From Hypanus sabinus (lineage: Eukaryota), in NCBI RefSeq assembly GCF_030144855.1, contig NC_082709.1:140244001-140308000 (forward strand): a stretch of 64,000 bases of DNA. The letters run 5' to 3'. Positions 1 through 11,148 of this stretch are shown here, piece by piece. The notes beneath the pieces were generated by a model. The model was not told the DNA's origin. It saw only the letters and a list, made by a program, of their open reading frames with translations, and made no database searches. How positions within the stretch are numbered: position 1 is the first letter of the stretch; each line of letters begins with the position of its first letter. Both the position numbers and the translations under genes were made by a program.

Positions 1-36
1 TCGCTCAGTGGCACTTACATCTACTCTGAAGTGTTT

Positions 37-1171
37 TGTAAGGTTGGTATCATAAGGTGGGTGTTGGGAGCGGACCCAAAAGCAAGACACAGACACTGAA
101 CTACCAGGAACAGGACAAGGCGTGAGAAAAAAGCAAGGAAAGTGGGGAAGAAAGAACGCTGGACATGACACAGGCCCTGGGCGAGACAAAGATTCTGGGC
201 CTGGCCTAGGACTTGACTAGGATTGCAGAACCAGGACATGGAACTGGGAACTAGGAGCCTGGGCTAGGACTCCAAGCCTGAGACTGGACAAGGACCCAAA
301 AGCTGGGTCTTGACTCGGGCTCAGACTCCAGAACTAGGTGAGGACAAGGTGTGGCTACAGGATGAGGAGAGACAACAGGACTGGACTTGAAACTCATGGT
401 CAGGAAAATGGAACCCCAGCACAGGACGAGTGAACCCCAACAACAGGCTGAGCAAGGGACTCCTGGGCTGGGCGAGGCACGTGGACAAAATGAGAACACA
501 AAGCCAAGGCTTGGTCAGGACAAGGTTCTTGGACGTAGCTAGGACTGGACAAGACCCCGAAGCCTTGGTCGGGGAAGAGACAGGAACTGGAAATGAGAGC
601 TGGGACCCCTCCTTGGGTACAGGACATAGGGTCGGGGCTCATACACAGAATGCTGAATATGACCAAACAGTTCCTAACACAAGGTAACAGCAGACAGCTG
701 GATCTACCTAGTGAAGGTGTGGACACAGAATGTTCCCAACACTAGGTAGCAGCAAATGGCTGGACCTATCTAGCAAAGGCAAGGACACAAAAACGGTTCC
801 CAACACTAGGTAGTGGGAAACAGCCAGACCTAACTAGCAAAGGCATGGACACAGACAGTTCAAAACAATGAAAGACAGTTCCTTATCTTGCTCCAGTGGT
901 TGACCTTGACAGCGGTGAAGGCAAGGCTCCAGGCCAGGCCAGGTGAGGTGAGGCAAGGCTCCAAGAGGAAGGTGAAGAGAAGGGATACAGACAGGGGGTT
1001 TGGAGAGGAACAATCCAACAGCCAGAGGCTGAATCCTGAAGCTATTTATGAAGCCAGCCCAAACGAGAATCAGCTACCTCAACAGAAACTGGGGAAACCA
1101 GAAAACCTGGATTAAGGTACATAGACCGGACCATGAACCAGAATGTGGATCTCATGGACCGGACCATGACA
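37..1171. mobile_element. LTR-retrotransposon-like repeat (LTR/UTR-like, internally repetitive)
   Basis: TG...CA-like ends and many degenerate GGAC-rich internal repeats; no TSD or coding domain recognised. Confidence 0.35.
667..870 (+). repeat. ~63-bp degenerate tandem repeat, ~3.2 copies
   Basis: Units of the form acagttcc-aacac-aggta...ggacacag start at 667, 730, 793 and 857. Confidence 0.8.
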
Positions 1172-1199
1172 GCTGGTCATGGTTGGTATCAAATCCTGC

Positions 1200-2202
1200 T
1201 TGATCAAGGACTTGGAACTGCTGCAATTTTCCTATCACCACAATAAGTCTAAAGTGAATACAATCTCACTGGCTCTCCACTTGGCCTTGGATCACCTGGA
1301 CAATAGTCATACCTACTTCAGGTTGCTATTTATTGATTACAGCTCAGCATTCAACATGATCTTACCCTCAGTTCTAATCAACAAGTTCCAAATCCTGGGC
1401 CTCTGCACTTCCCTTTGCAACTGGATCCACGACTTCCTCATCGAGAGACTACAGTCTGTGTGGATTGGAATTAACATCTCCTCCTCACTAATAATCAAAA
1501 CTGGCACACTCTGTGATATGTGCTTATTCCACTGCTCTACTCTCTCTACACTCACAATTGTGTGGATAGGCACAGCTCGAAAACCATCTATTGTTAGCAG
1601 AACTTCAGATGGTGATGAGAAGGCATACAGGAGAGAGGTAGATCCATTGGTTGAGTGGTTCTGCAACATCAACCTTGTGCTCAACATCAGTAAGACCAAA
1701 GAATTGAGTGTGGACTTCAGGAAGGGGAAGTCAAGGGAACACACACCAGTGATGGATCAGCAGAAGAGAGGATAAAGAGTTTCAAGTTCCTGGGTGTCAT
1801 CATCTCTGAAGGTCTATCCTGGCTTAAATATATTGATGCAATTACAAAGAATGCATGACAGCAGCTACCATGGAAAACATTCTAACTGGTTTCATCACCA
1901 TCTCATATGGAGGGGCCACTGCACAAGATCAGATAAAGCTGCAGAAAGTTGTAAACTGAACAAGCTCCATCATGCTCAACATTTCAGGAACAGCTTCTTC
2001 CCTCCACTGTCAAATTTCGGAATTGACAATGAATCCATGCACACTATTCATTATTTTACCTCTCTTTTTGCACTACTTATTTAAATATATATATAATTCT
2101 TTCTGTATTTTTAAATTATGTATTGCAATGTACTGCTGCCACAAGACAACAAATCTCATGATGTACATATATTAGAGACATTAAACCTGATTCTGATTCT
2201 GA
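1200..2202 (+). mobile_element. Rex1/Babar-type LINE, 5'-truncated decayed RT and 3' end
   Basis: ORF 1179-1775 reads LFIDYSSAFNMI...LCNWIHDFL...LNISKTKELSVDFRK; (ATTCTG)n tail at ~2188-2202. Confidence 0.85.
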
Positions 2203-2204
2203 TT

Positions 2205-3250
2205 AGGGGTAGTCAACATTGCTGTGTGCATAGTTGATCATATCTAACCAATCTTACAGAATTTTTTGAAGAGGTTACCAGGAACATTGATGAAGAAAAG
2301 GCAGTGGACAGTATGTTGTTCATATTCCCTTTAGCACCGTGTTTGATGAAGCCCATCATAGGAGGCTAATCAAGAAGATTGAGATGCAAAGGGCCTGCTG
2401 CAACTTGGCTGGTTGGATTAAGAACTGGCTTGCTCAGAAGACAGAGGGTAGTGATTAAAGGGATTTATCCGAGCTGATTAAAGGGATTTATCCGAGCTGA
2501 AGGTCAGTAAGTAGTGGTGTTCTACGGGGATCTGTGCTGGGAACTCTGCTGTTTGTGACGTATAAAAATGATCTGGATGAAAATGTAGATGGGTGGGTTA
2601 GTAAATTTGCAGATGATACCAAGATTGGTGGAGTTGTAGACAGTGTAGAAGATTGGCTAGAATACAGCACGATACAGATCAGTTGTAGATTGGGATAGAG
2701 AAATGGCAGATGGAGCTTAACCCAGGTAAATGTGAGGTGTTGCACCTTGATATGGCAAATGCAGGGAGACAGTACACTAACAAGGGCAAGGTCCTTAATA
2801 GTGACTTAATAATGCTGAACAGAGAGATCTTGGGATCCAAGTTCATAGCTCCTTGAAAGTGGCTACACAGGTCACTAAAGTGCTTAACAAGACTTGTAGA
2901 ATGCTTGTTTTTATTAATTGATGCATTGAGTTCAAAAGTCAAGAAGTTTTGTTACAACTATATAAAACTCCCATTAGGCTACATCTGGAATATTGCACAT
3001 AGTTCTGCTCACTCCACTGTAGAAAGGATGTTGAGGCTTTGGAGAGGGTGCAGAAGAGGTTTACCAGGATGCTGCCTGGTTTAGAGGGCACGTGCTATTA
3101 TGAAAAGCTGAAAAACATGGGTTGTCTTCTCTGGAGTGCTGGAGGCTAAGGGGAGATCTGATAGAGGTTTATTAGATTATGAGTGGCATAGATAGAGTAG
3201 ACAGGGAATATCTGTTTCTCAGGGTTGAAACGTCTAAAACTAGAGGGAAT
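2205..3250 (+). mobile_element. CR1 LINE RT fragment
   Basis: KFADDTKIGGVVD at ~2603-2641 followed by typical CR1 3' sequence; multiple stops. Confidence 0.85.
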
Positions 3251-3257
3251 GATGACA

Positions 3258-3390
3258 GATGAGTCCTGACGAAGGGTCTCGGCCCAAAACATCGACAGTG
3301 CTTCTCCCTATAGATGCTGCCCAGCCTGCTGCGTTCCACCAGCATTTTGTATGTGCTGTTGGAATTTCCAGCATCTGCAGATTTCCTAAT
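3258..3390 (+). mobile_element. Penelope-like element (PLE) terminal fragment with degenerate hammerhead
   Basis: gtc-CTGACGA-agggtctcggccc-AAAAC-ATC-gac; core GAAAC/GTC mutated. Confidence 0.75.
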
Positions 3391-3399
3391 GATGTACCA

Positions 3400-3894
3400 G
3401 ATATTGTTTCCTAATAGCATTAGACAAAGGTCTAAAATAAGAATTATCTGGTCACACAAAGTATTTTTGAGGTATAACATAACTAAATATGAGAAGGACA
3501 GCGTGGGGGGGGGGGGTAGAAATGTTGCAGAGTAGGGGCAGGTGTCAACATAAGGAACTGAGATTGTATCCATGCTGGTCTTGGCAGAAATAATTATAAC
3601 TAAGCAATAATGATTTTACATCTAATTGTATCTTACCTTGTGATCGAAACTATTCTAAAACTGTATTAACTCGTGTAATTATAATATTTCCTGTAATGAT
3701 TGCTGTTATAAATTGTGTGGAATTGTGTCCGGGGATGGAAAGTGTCGGACTGTCTCTTTGGGAGATCAGTCTGTAACTTTCTCCATAGCATGCTAGGAAT
3801 AAAAAGTGAAGTTTGACAAAGTATTGCTTGTTTTATGGTTTAATTGAATTTGTGGTACCTTGTGTTATTGCATCGGATCGATCCACCTTTGACA
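3400..3894 (+). mobile_element. Putative LTR (3523-3894) preceded by a polypurine tract
   Basis: G-run/purine tract immediately before TGTTG at 3523; internal AATAAA near 3798; ends TGACA at 3894; sits between CR1 pieces. Confidence 0.4.
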
Positions 3895-4730
3895 GAGGGA
3901 CATGAATATTGTGTAGGTTGGGGGGGGGATTAGTGTTTGGGTATTTTTGATTTGATTTTTAGCTTGTTTGGCACAACATTGAGGGCCAAATATTCTGTTC
4001 CTGTGCTGTACTGTTCTATGTTCTAGAACACTGGTGAAGTTTAATCTAGACTGTTGTGTGCAGTTCTGGTCATCTACCTACAGGAAAGATATCAATAAGA
4101 TTGAAAGAGCATGGAGAAAATTCACAAGGTTATCACTGTGACTTGATGATCTGAGTTATAGGAAAAGGTTGGATACATTAGGATTTTATTTCCTGGAGCG
4201 AAAGAGTATGAGGGGAGATTGGATACAGGTATACAGAATTATGTAGGCTTTTTCCACTGAGGTTGGATGAAATTATAACTAGAGGTTATGGGTTAAGGGT
4301 GAAAAATCAAATGCGGGGAATGGTGGGGGAGGGGGGGTGTCACTTTGCTGCTTGTGCATGGGGGGGGAGCTGGGGGGCTTTGGGGTTCTACCGTTTAACT
4401 GTTGTTCATTCTTTAGGGCACTCCTCTGTTTTCATGTATGTTTGCGAAGAAAAATAATTTCAGAATGTATATTGTATACATTTTTCTGACATTAAATGTA
4501 CCTATTGCACCTTTCAAACATGAGGGGGAGCTTTTTCACTGAGAGGGTGATGTGAATGTAGAATGAAAGTGAAAGTGGTGGACAAGGGTTTAATTGCAGC
4601 ACCTCAGAGAAGTTTGGATAAGTGCATGATGGGAGGGTTAGGATTCTGATGCAGGTAGATGGGACTGGGCAAAAGAAAAGTTTGGCATGTGCCGGATAGG
4701 CTGAAGAGCATTTTTTTTGGTCTCTATGAC
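3895..4730 (+). mobile_element. CR1 LINE 3' fragments
   Basis: CR1 C-terminal and 3'UTR-like text (ctggtc...aagattgaaagag, gactgggc...ggctgaag). Confidence 0.7.
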
Positions 4731-5033
4731 TCTAAATGACCCCTGTCGGAAATCCATGACAGGGATCATTTATGTTGAAATCTTTAAAATGTCTGTGTGA
4801 AGATACCAAACTTGTATAAGTATCCCACTATTCTCCGCCAACATGCTACGAGGTCCTCAGGGCGCCCCAGAAAGGGGAAGCTCATCCAAGAGAAACTTAG
4901 TTGATTATGCAGATAAACGAGGGAACTGCTCAAAGTGTCTCTTGCAGATCTTGACTTCTCCTGTTACCTCTGTGCCCTGGCTTGCGCGTTTTCTGTCCTC
5001 ACCCTTTAAAGCTCAGTTGCTTAAGTCATCTTC

Positions 5034-5071
5034 GATAACACTGATAACACTTATCAGATATCTGATAACAC
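5034..5071. promoter_or_regulatory. GATA-site cluster with perfect 18-bp palindrome
   Basis: GATAACAC at 5034, 5043 and 5064; TTATCAGATATCTGATAA at 5051-5068 is self-complementary. Confidence 0.45.
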
Positions 5072-5784
5072 TGAGTGCTGTGTTGCGACTTCTTGTCGAA
5101 GTTCAAAAGGTGAAACGTGCCTAGTGCAGTTCAACTGGTAACACTGTACGTGAAACTTTTTCAATCAGATCACAGTTTCTGACTTAGACCTTGGAACAAT
5201 TAGTCAGAAAAATCTGTAATCGTTTCATCGACGATTACAGTTATCTGCCGGGTTCCAATCCTTGGTACCAGGACTCCCTCTGTTCCACGACCGTGATAAT
5301 CCGATTGTAGTTGATACTCGTATTCCAGATTGACAGTTTAGTATCAGCGATTAAAGAGAACAATACACTGAGAAAGGGTGAGTTTTGCAATATGCATGTG
5401 TTGATGTTAAATATTTGAAATATAATTCCCTTTACATATATTGGTTTGCGTTATCCATTTTATGATTTTCATTTTATAATGCACAGAATTTACACATTTC
5501 TCACTCGGAAATGTCAAATACCCAGACTTTGTAATTGCATTAAAGTTGCCTGAATGATAGAATATATACCGTTAGGCAATTGAACCTGTTTTCCGTTTTC
5601 ATCCGTAGCCATTATTACTATGCCATTGCATCTTTATCGGAATCAAATGGGTTAATCATGTTCAAATTACTGAAATAAATTCGAATGACTGAATTTATGT
5701 AGCGTTCTTATGTGTACTGTATTTCTTCTTCGGAAGCGGCAAATGAACAGACTCCGGTTCACAATTACCTTTGTCTTTTCATAG

Positions 5785-5931
5785 TGGGAATTGCTCATCA
5801 GAACTTTGCACGCTGTTCCTTTCTTGTATATCTGTGGCCACATTAGGGTTTGTTCGGTAATTCGTTTACTCTCCTGTCATGCAATAGAGCTGATTAATCC
5901 TACATTTGCTAGTTCAGATGCAAAGATTATG
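5785..5931 (+). other. Candidate 5'UTR exon of the Ig receptor gene
   Basis: Acceptor ttgtcttttcatag| at 5784 and donor ATG|gtaagt at 5932; a further upstream donor AGG|gtgagt at 5378. Confidence 0.45.
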
Positions 5932-6974
5932 GTAAGTGTACAGAACATATTGTGAATTAATTCTAATGCATCGGCCGTTCAAGAAACTGGATAAGTTAGT
6001 AATTTTAGTTATTTATCACCGGTCCGCTATTTTCACACCCTGTTTTCCCATGGATTGGTTGGGTTCGCACTTCTAGAGTTAACTAACAATTAAGAGATGG
6101 GAAGCTGTCAGTCAGTATACGAAATTAATACAGAAGAGACGGTTGCGTTGAAACCAACTGGACTCATCTTGAACTGGAACTGTGGTGTTTTTTAAGTAAA
6201 TACTGGAAATACTCACTAGGTCTGTGGAGAGAGAAACAACGAACTTTTCATGTCGATGACCCTCCGGCAGAAAGGTTCTGAGATTAAGTTATTAAACTGA
6301 AATATTGGATCTGTTTCTCCCACATGCTGAGTATTCCCTCATTTATTTTTGCTCTCCACTATCTGCGCAATGCTTTTACGTTTCAATTCCAGTTTCCTGT
6401 TGGTGCCCTGTTACTTCTTAAATTGACGCAGTGCTTTATTAATTCCCGACGGCTCAAGTTAACATATGTGTCAAATACAAACTCTTAAATTAATTTCTGA
6501 TCATTTTCGGATCATTTCCGACGTTTTCTAATTGTCCTGCAGAGTCAGGTGGAGTTATATCTTCCTGCCTGCTGTCTGAAACACAGAAATTGCAGTTAAA
6601 CATTGTAAATACATCCTTAAGGATGATTTTCATTGTTGAAGGTGATATGTATGAAGTATTTACAGCACATTGCATCTCACAGTGGATCTAAGGGAAATAA
6701 GCCGCAAGCAATTCTAAAGGCGAACTCTTCTCCAGTTTTGAATATCCATCCTGCTTGACCTAACCAATAATTTTCTTTCTTTGCAGAAGCTACCTGTTCT
6801 ACTGAATGTTTCTCGCACTTTTCCCGTTTTTCTTCTATAACAACTCGTCTTGATTTTGAATAAGCATAAACTCCGAGAATTGAGTTTTTATGATTCTAAT
6901 TCAAGTTGTTTTAAGAAAATCGCCGATTGCAATTTCGATTGCGGCATCATAAAAAATGTGATGTTCTTTCAGAC

Positions 6975-7075
6975 AATACATACAAAATGCTGGAGGAACT
7001 TAGCAGGCCAGGCAACATCACTGGAAAAGAGTAAACAGTTGACATATCGGTTCGAGACCCTTCATCCTGTTTGTG
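6975..7075 (-). mobile_element. PLE terminal fragment (degenerate)
   Basis: acaaaatgctggaggaacttagcaggcc...gagacccttcatc, antisense to the PLE at 10522-11148. Confidence 0.7.
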
Positions 7076-7551
7076 ATGTTCTTTCAGAATTCGCCACCCC
7101 AATTTTTAACCCTAGATGTGGAGGGACGAATTTAGAGATTCGGCTGCATTTCTACCGAGACCCGACGCTCTGGTGCAATTGTATTCCACTCATTGAATAA
7201 ATCTAAATCCACTGGATATTGTCTAGGCTTGCTTCCCCGTAGGAGCGATATTGTCTTCTAGGCTTACACAAGTACACTGCAGATACGGTGGTCAAATCAA
7301 CACGTTAGTGTTGAATTGTCTAGACTTGCCTCCCCGTGCGAGCGATATTGCAATCTGATTGCCTTTCGTGCAATCTGATTGCCTTTCGTGCAATCGCTGG
7401 CTAAGCCTTTAATATTTCCCCTGCACACTGACATTTAAATTCCGTGATTCGCCCTTTCTTTTACCCGAGCAGAGGCGGGAATTAGTTGCTGATGCTACGG
7501 GACTGCACCAGCTGTATTAACGCGACCAACTGAGGATACTGAGGCTCAACG

Positions 7552-7606
7552 ATGGAGTGGTCCGGAAAGTCCACGATGATGATATTCTGCGGTTGTTGGC
7601 TGCAAG
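7552..7606 (+). CDS. Ig-superfamily receptor, coding exon 1 (signal peptide N-part, MEWSGKSTMMIFCGCWLQ)
   Basis: ATG at 7552 with upstream in-frame TAG at 7483; phase-1 donor CAAG|gtaagc at 7607; joins the next exon in frame to give a leader ending VVLQVAVIETS. Confidence 0.8.
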
Positions 7607-7711
7607 GTAAGCCATGGCCGATACACTGGTCACCTTTGTCTCTTTTTTGTCTATACTCGCTTGGGGTATTAATCAGTTTTTTTTTAAAATCCTGTGCTCG
7701 GTTATTTACAG

Positions 7712-8056
7712 TTGTACTGCAAGTGGCAGTCATCGAAACGAGTTCTAACGTTTTAAACGGAACGGTCACTGGGAATATATTCCTGCCAGTACCAGTCACG
7801 GGCATTACTGAACAGATACAGACAGTGGAATGGAAGTATTCGAATGGGAGAAGTTCGAGCAACGTCGGCAAGTTGATATTGGATGCAGGCAATTCGAGCA
7901 CTTTTCTCTTCAACTATTCACACCGGGCTTCTTTGTACCCGGACGGCTCACTCTCGCTCAGAAATCTGCAGATGAGTGATTCTGGAAATTATTCCTGCAC
8001 TGTCACGGGTCAGAATGGAGAAGAGTTCACCCAGTTTACCAAAGTGAACGTGTTCA
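7712..8056 (+). CDS. Ig V-set domain exon, CD2/SLAM/CEACAM type
   Basis: Acceptor gttatttacag|, donor TTCA|gtgagt, phase 1-1, 345 nt. Reads NGTVTGNIFLP...VEWKY...RASLYPDGSLSLRNLQMSDSGNYSCTV, with Trp C-strand, DxGxYxC motif and no B-strand Cys; four N-glycosylation sequons. Confidence 0.92.
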
Positions 8057-8644
8057 GTGAGTTTGTCGATATGTGCTGTTAGACTCTTTAGATGGTTAAT
8101 AAACATATCTGTTTCTTTATTTTAATAAAATAAAGCTATTGGGGGAAAAATAAAAAATGCTCAGCTAGTTAATTAGTACTTGTGGAGCTAGAAACACAGT
8201 TTAACGCTTCAGGTTGTTGGCCTTTCATTAGAGAAGGGAATAATACACAAGTATTAGGGTCCAGAATACAGACGGGCGTGGGCGGGTGGGTAGGGCAGTA
8301 CAAAGAACAGCACGATCTGTGTTATCGTGGAAGCTAGGAAAAGCTGAACAATGATAGTGGTGCTGAGTAAAGATGGTGGTAAAGATTAGTGACAAACTGG
8401 AGGGGTATTGGGGAGTACACAAAATCAGGAAAACAAGTTAAATCTGAAATCAGAGATGCACAGTTGTAATCTGTGTTGTAACGCTTTCTTTTGCTGGGGT
8501 GGGGGGGGGGACAGTTGTAAGAAGCATGCAAAGTACCAACACTTAAGCAAAGAGGCAAGAAGGTGACAGAAAACAATGTGAAGTTGTTCACTTCAGCGTG
8601 AAAAATAGACAAGCAATGTTTTAACCAGTGAGAAATTAGTCGGT

Positions 8645-8840
8645 GGCACACACAGAATGCTGGTGGAACACAGCAGGCCAGGCAGCATCTATAGAGAGAA
8701 GTACAGTCGACGTTTCGGGTTGAGACCCTTCATCCTGACGGCCCGAAACGTCGACTGTGCTTCTTCTTCCAGGTGCTGCCTGGCCTGCTGTGTTCCACCA
8801 GCATTCTGTGTGTGTTGTTTGAATTTCCAGCACCTGCAGA
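8645..8840. mobile_element. Inverted pair of PLE terminal fragments
   Basis: Arms ~8649-8718 and ~8741-8812 are reverse complements; both hammerhead cores are broken at the junction. Confidence 0.8.
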
Positions 8841-8994
8841 TTTCCTTGCGTTTGCGGGAAGTTAGTAGGTGTTGGTGCATAAAGGGATCTGGAAATGATG
8901 GCACATGAGCAGCAGAGAGAATCCCTGCTGTGCAGAAGGCACCTGGTAAACTGGTATTTGTTGCAAGGGCGATTGAATATAAAATTGCAAGAGC

Positions 8995-9170
8995 AAACAC
9001 GAGGAAATCTGCAAATGCTGGAAATTCAAGCCACCCGCACAAAATGCTGGTGGAACACAGCAGGCCAGGCCTTCGTCCTGACGAAGGGTCTCGGCACAAA
9101 ACATCGACAGTGCTTCTCCCCATAGATGCTGACTGGCCTGCTGTGTTCCACTAGTATTTTGTGTGTGTTG
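8995..9170. mobile_element. Second inverted pair of PLE terminal fragments
   Basis: aaaatgctggtggaacacagcaggcc ... ggcctgctgtgttccactagtatttt, with a degenerate hammerhead at 9075-9108. Confidence 0.75.
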
Positions 9171-9269
9171 TATAAAATTGCAAGAGCCTTGCTGCAGTTG
9201 TGCAAACTGCATCTGTTTTGCTGGGACTTTAGGGCTCCACTGATGATAAAGGATATACCTGCTTTGGAA

Positions 9270-10015
9270 TCAGAATAAAACTAGATTGATCACTGGGAAG
9301 AACAGTTTCTTCCATAAGGAGAGGGAATACAAGATGTCAGGTGATAGGTGAAACCAGGTGAGGGGAAGGTAGGTGGCTGGGGGGAGGAGGAATGAATTAA
9401 CAAGTTGGGAGGGGATAAGTGGAAGAGCTAGGATCTCCCGTTCAATTGGACTTCCCATTTCTGATCAATCATGTCTGTCCATGGCCGCCTCTGCTGCCAC
9501 AATGAAGCCACTCTCAGGCAAGAGGGAGAACACCTCATATTCTGCCTGGGTAGTCTCCAAACTGATGGCATGAACATTGATTTCTCTCATTTCTAGTAAT
9601 TTTTCCACCCTCCCCACTTCTCTCCTTCCCTTTCTTCATTCTGGTTCCCCATTTAATTACCCTTTCTCCTCTTCTCCCATCCCACCAGCCCATCACCACA
9701 CCTGATTTCCCTCCTCCATGCTCCACTATCCTCTCCTATTAAATTCCTTCTTCTTTAGCCCGTTACCTCTTCCACCGATCATATTCCAGCTTCTCATCCC
9801 TCTCACCCACCCTCTTTTCCCCTCACCTGGTCTCACCTATCACCCGACAGCACATAATCCTTCATCTCCCCCACCTTCTTATTCTGGCACATGCCCCTTT
9901 CCTTTCATGTCCTGAAACGCTGACTATTTATTCTGCCATATCTTCTGCCTGACCTCCTGGGTTCAACCAACATTTTTGTGTGTTGCTTAAGATTTTCGGC
10001 ATCTGCAGAACCTCT
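9270..10015. mobile_element. PLE 3' fragments (minus 9270-9430, plus 9430-10015)
   Basis: GIY-YIG C-terminal remnant (EHLIFCLGSLQTDGMNIDFS) followed by a pyrimidine-rich terminal repeat. Confidence 0.7.
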
Positions 10016-10019
10016 TGAA

Positions 10020-10520
10020 TTGATAGTTTGCCCAACAAGGACAGGCTGAGTAGGAAGGACCGCTATCCTGGAGTTTAGAAGAATGAAAGGTGTCCTCATT
10101 GAACCGGTGGCCGGATCAGGATAAATTCTGAGAGACTGCTTCCTTGGACTAGAGTCTAGAACTAAGGAGCATAGCCTCAGAATTTGTGCAACTTGCCTAA
10201 ACGCTGTTAGACTGCACTGCAGCACCATGTGCAGTTCTGGTTGCTACAGTATAAGAAGGATGTGGTTGCTTTGGAGAGAACATGAGACAAATTCACAAGG
10301 AAGCTGCCTAGGTCAAGAGGGCTTTAGCTATGTGGAACGATTTGATAGACTGGACCCATTTTCCTTGCAGAAATGATGTTGTGGAGATGATCTGATAGAG
10401 GAATAATTTACAAGAGGCATGGATAGGATAGATAGTTAAGGTATCTTCCCCACGGTAGTGGACATTAACAAGAGGACATAGCTTTAAGATGAGGGGAAGG
10501 GGTGTTAAAGAGAATTTGAA
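10020..10520 (+). mobile_element. CR1 LINE 3' fragments
   Basis: CR1 C-terminal text (tgcagttctggt...aaggatgtggttgctttggagag). Confidence 0.7.
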
Positions 10521-10521
10521 A

Positions 10522-11148
10522 GCAGGATCTCCCAGTGGCCACACATTTTAATTCCATTTCCCATTCCCATTCTGATATGTCTATCCATGAGATCCTCTAC
10601 TTTCAAGATGAAGCCACACTCAGGTTGGAGGAACAACACCTTATATACCGTTTGGGTAGCTCCAACCTGATGGCATGAACACAGACCTCTCTAACTTCTG
10701 TTAATGCCCCTCCTCCCCTTCTTACCCCATCACTGATTTATTTATTTTCCCCCTCCCCCTTTTTTTCCTCTCTCTGCCCCTCTCACAATCACTCCTTGCC
10801 TGTTCTCCATCTCCCTCTGGTGCTCCCCTCCCTCTTTCTTTCTCCCTAGGCCTCCCAACCCATGATTCTTTCCCTTCTCCAGCCCTGTATCTCTTTCACC
10901 AATCACCTTTCCAGCTCTTAGCTTCACCCCACCCCCTCCGGTCTTCTCCTATCATTTTGCATTTCCCCCTCCCCCTCCTACTTTCAAATCTCTTGCTATC
11001 TTTTCTTTCAGTTAGTCCTGACGAAGGGACTCGGCCCGAAACGTCAACAATGCTTCTTCCTATAGATGCTGTCTGGCCTGCTGCGTTCCACCAGCATTTT
11101 GTGTGTTTTGCTTTAATTTCCAGCATCTGCAGATTTCCTCGTGTTTGA
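10522..11148 (+). mobile_element. Penelope-like element 3' end: GIY-YIG endonuclease C-terminus plus terminal repeat
   Basis: Translates QDLPVATHFNSISHSHSDMSIHEILYFQDEATLRLEEQHLIYRLGS/QPDGMN (one frameshift), matching the PLE GIY-YIG C-terminus; hammerhead at 11015-11048. Confidence 0.85.
11015..11048 (+). ncRNA. Minimal type I hammerhead ribozyme motif (core intact, stem I mismatched)
   Basis: gtc-CTGACGA-A-ggg(actcgg)ccc-GAAAC-GTC-aac; the first stem I pair is C.A. Confidence 0.6.

Larger units (their letters stand above)
4830..8060. promoter_or_regulatory. CpG-retaining promoter/5' region of the Ig receptor gene
   Basis: Hand count: 12 CpG in 7441-7620 versus 2 CpG in an equal-length intronic stretch (21901-22080); largely transposon-free. 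Confidence 0.55.

Noticed and set aside
7482-7913. 143-aa minus-strand ORF
   Set aside because: Antisense shadow of the V-domain exon; no recognisable motif or splice support.
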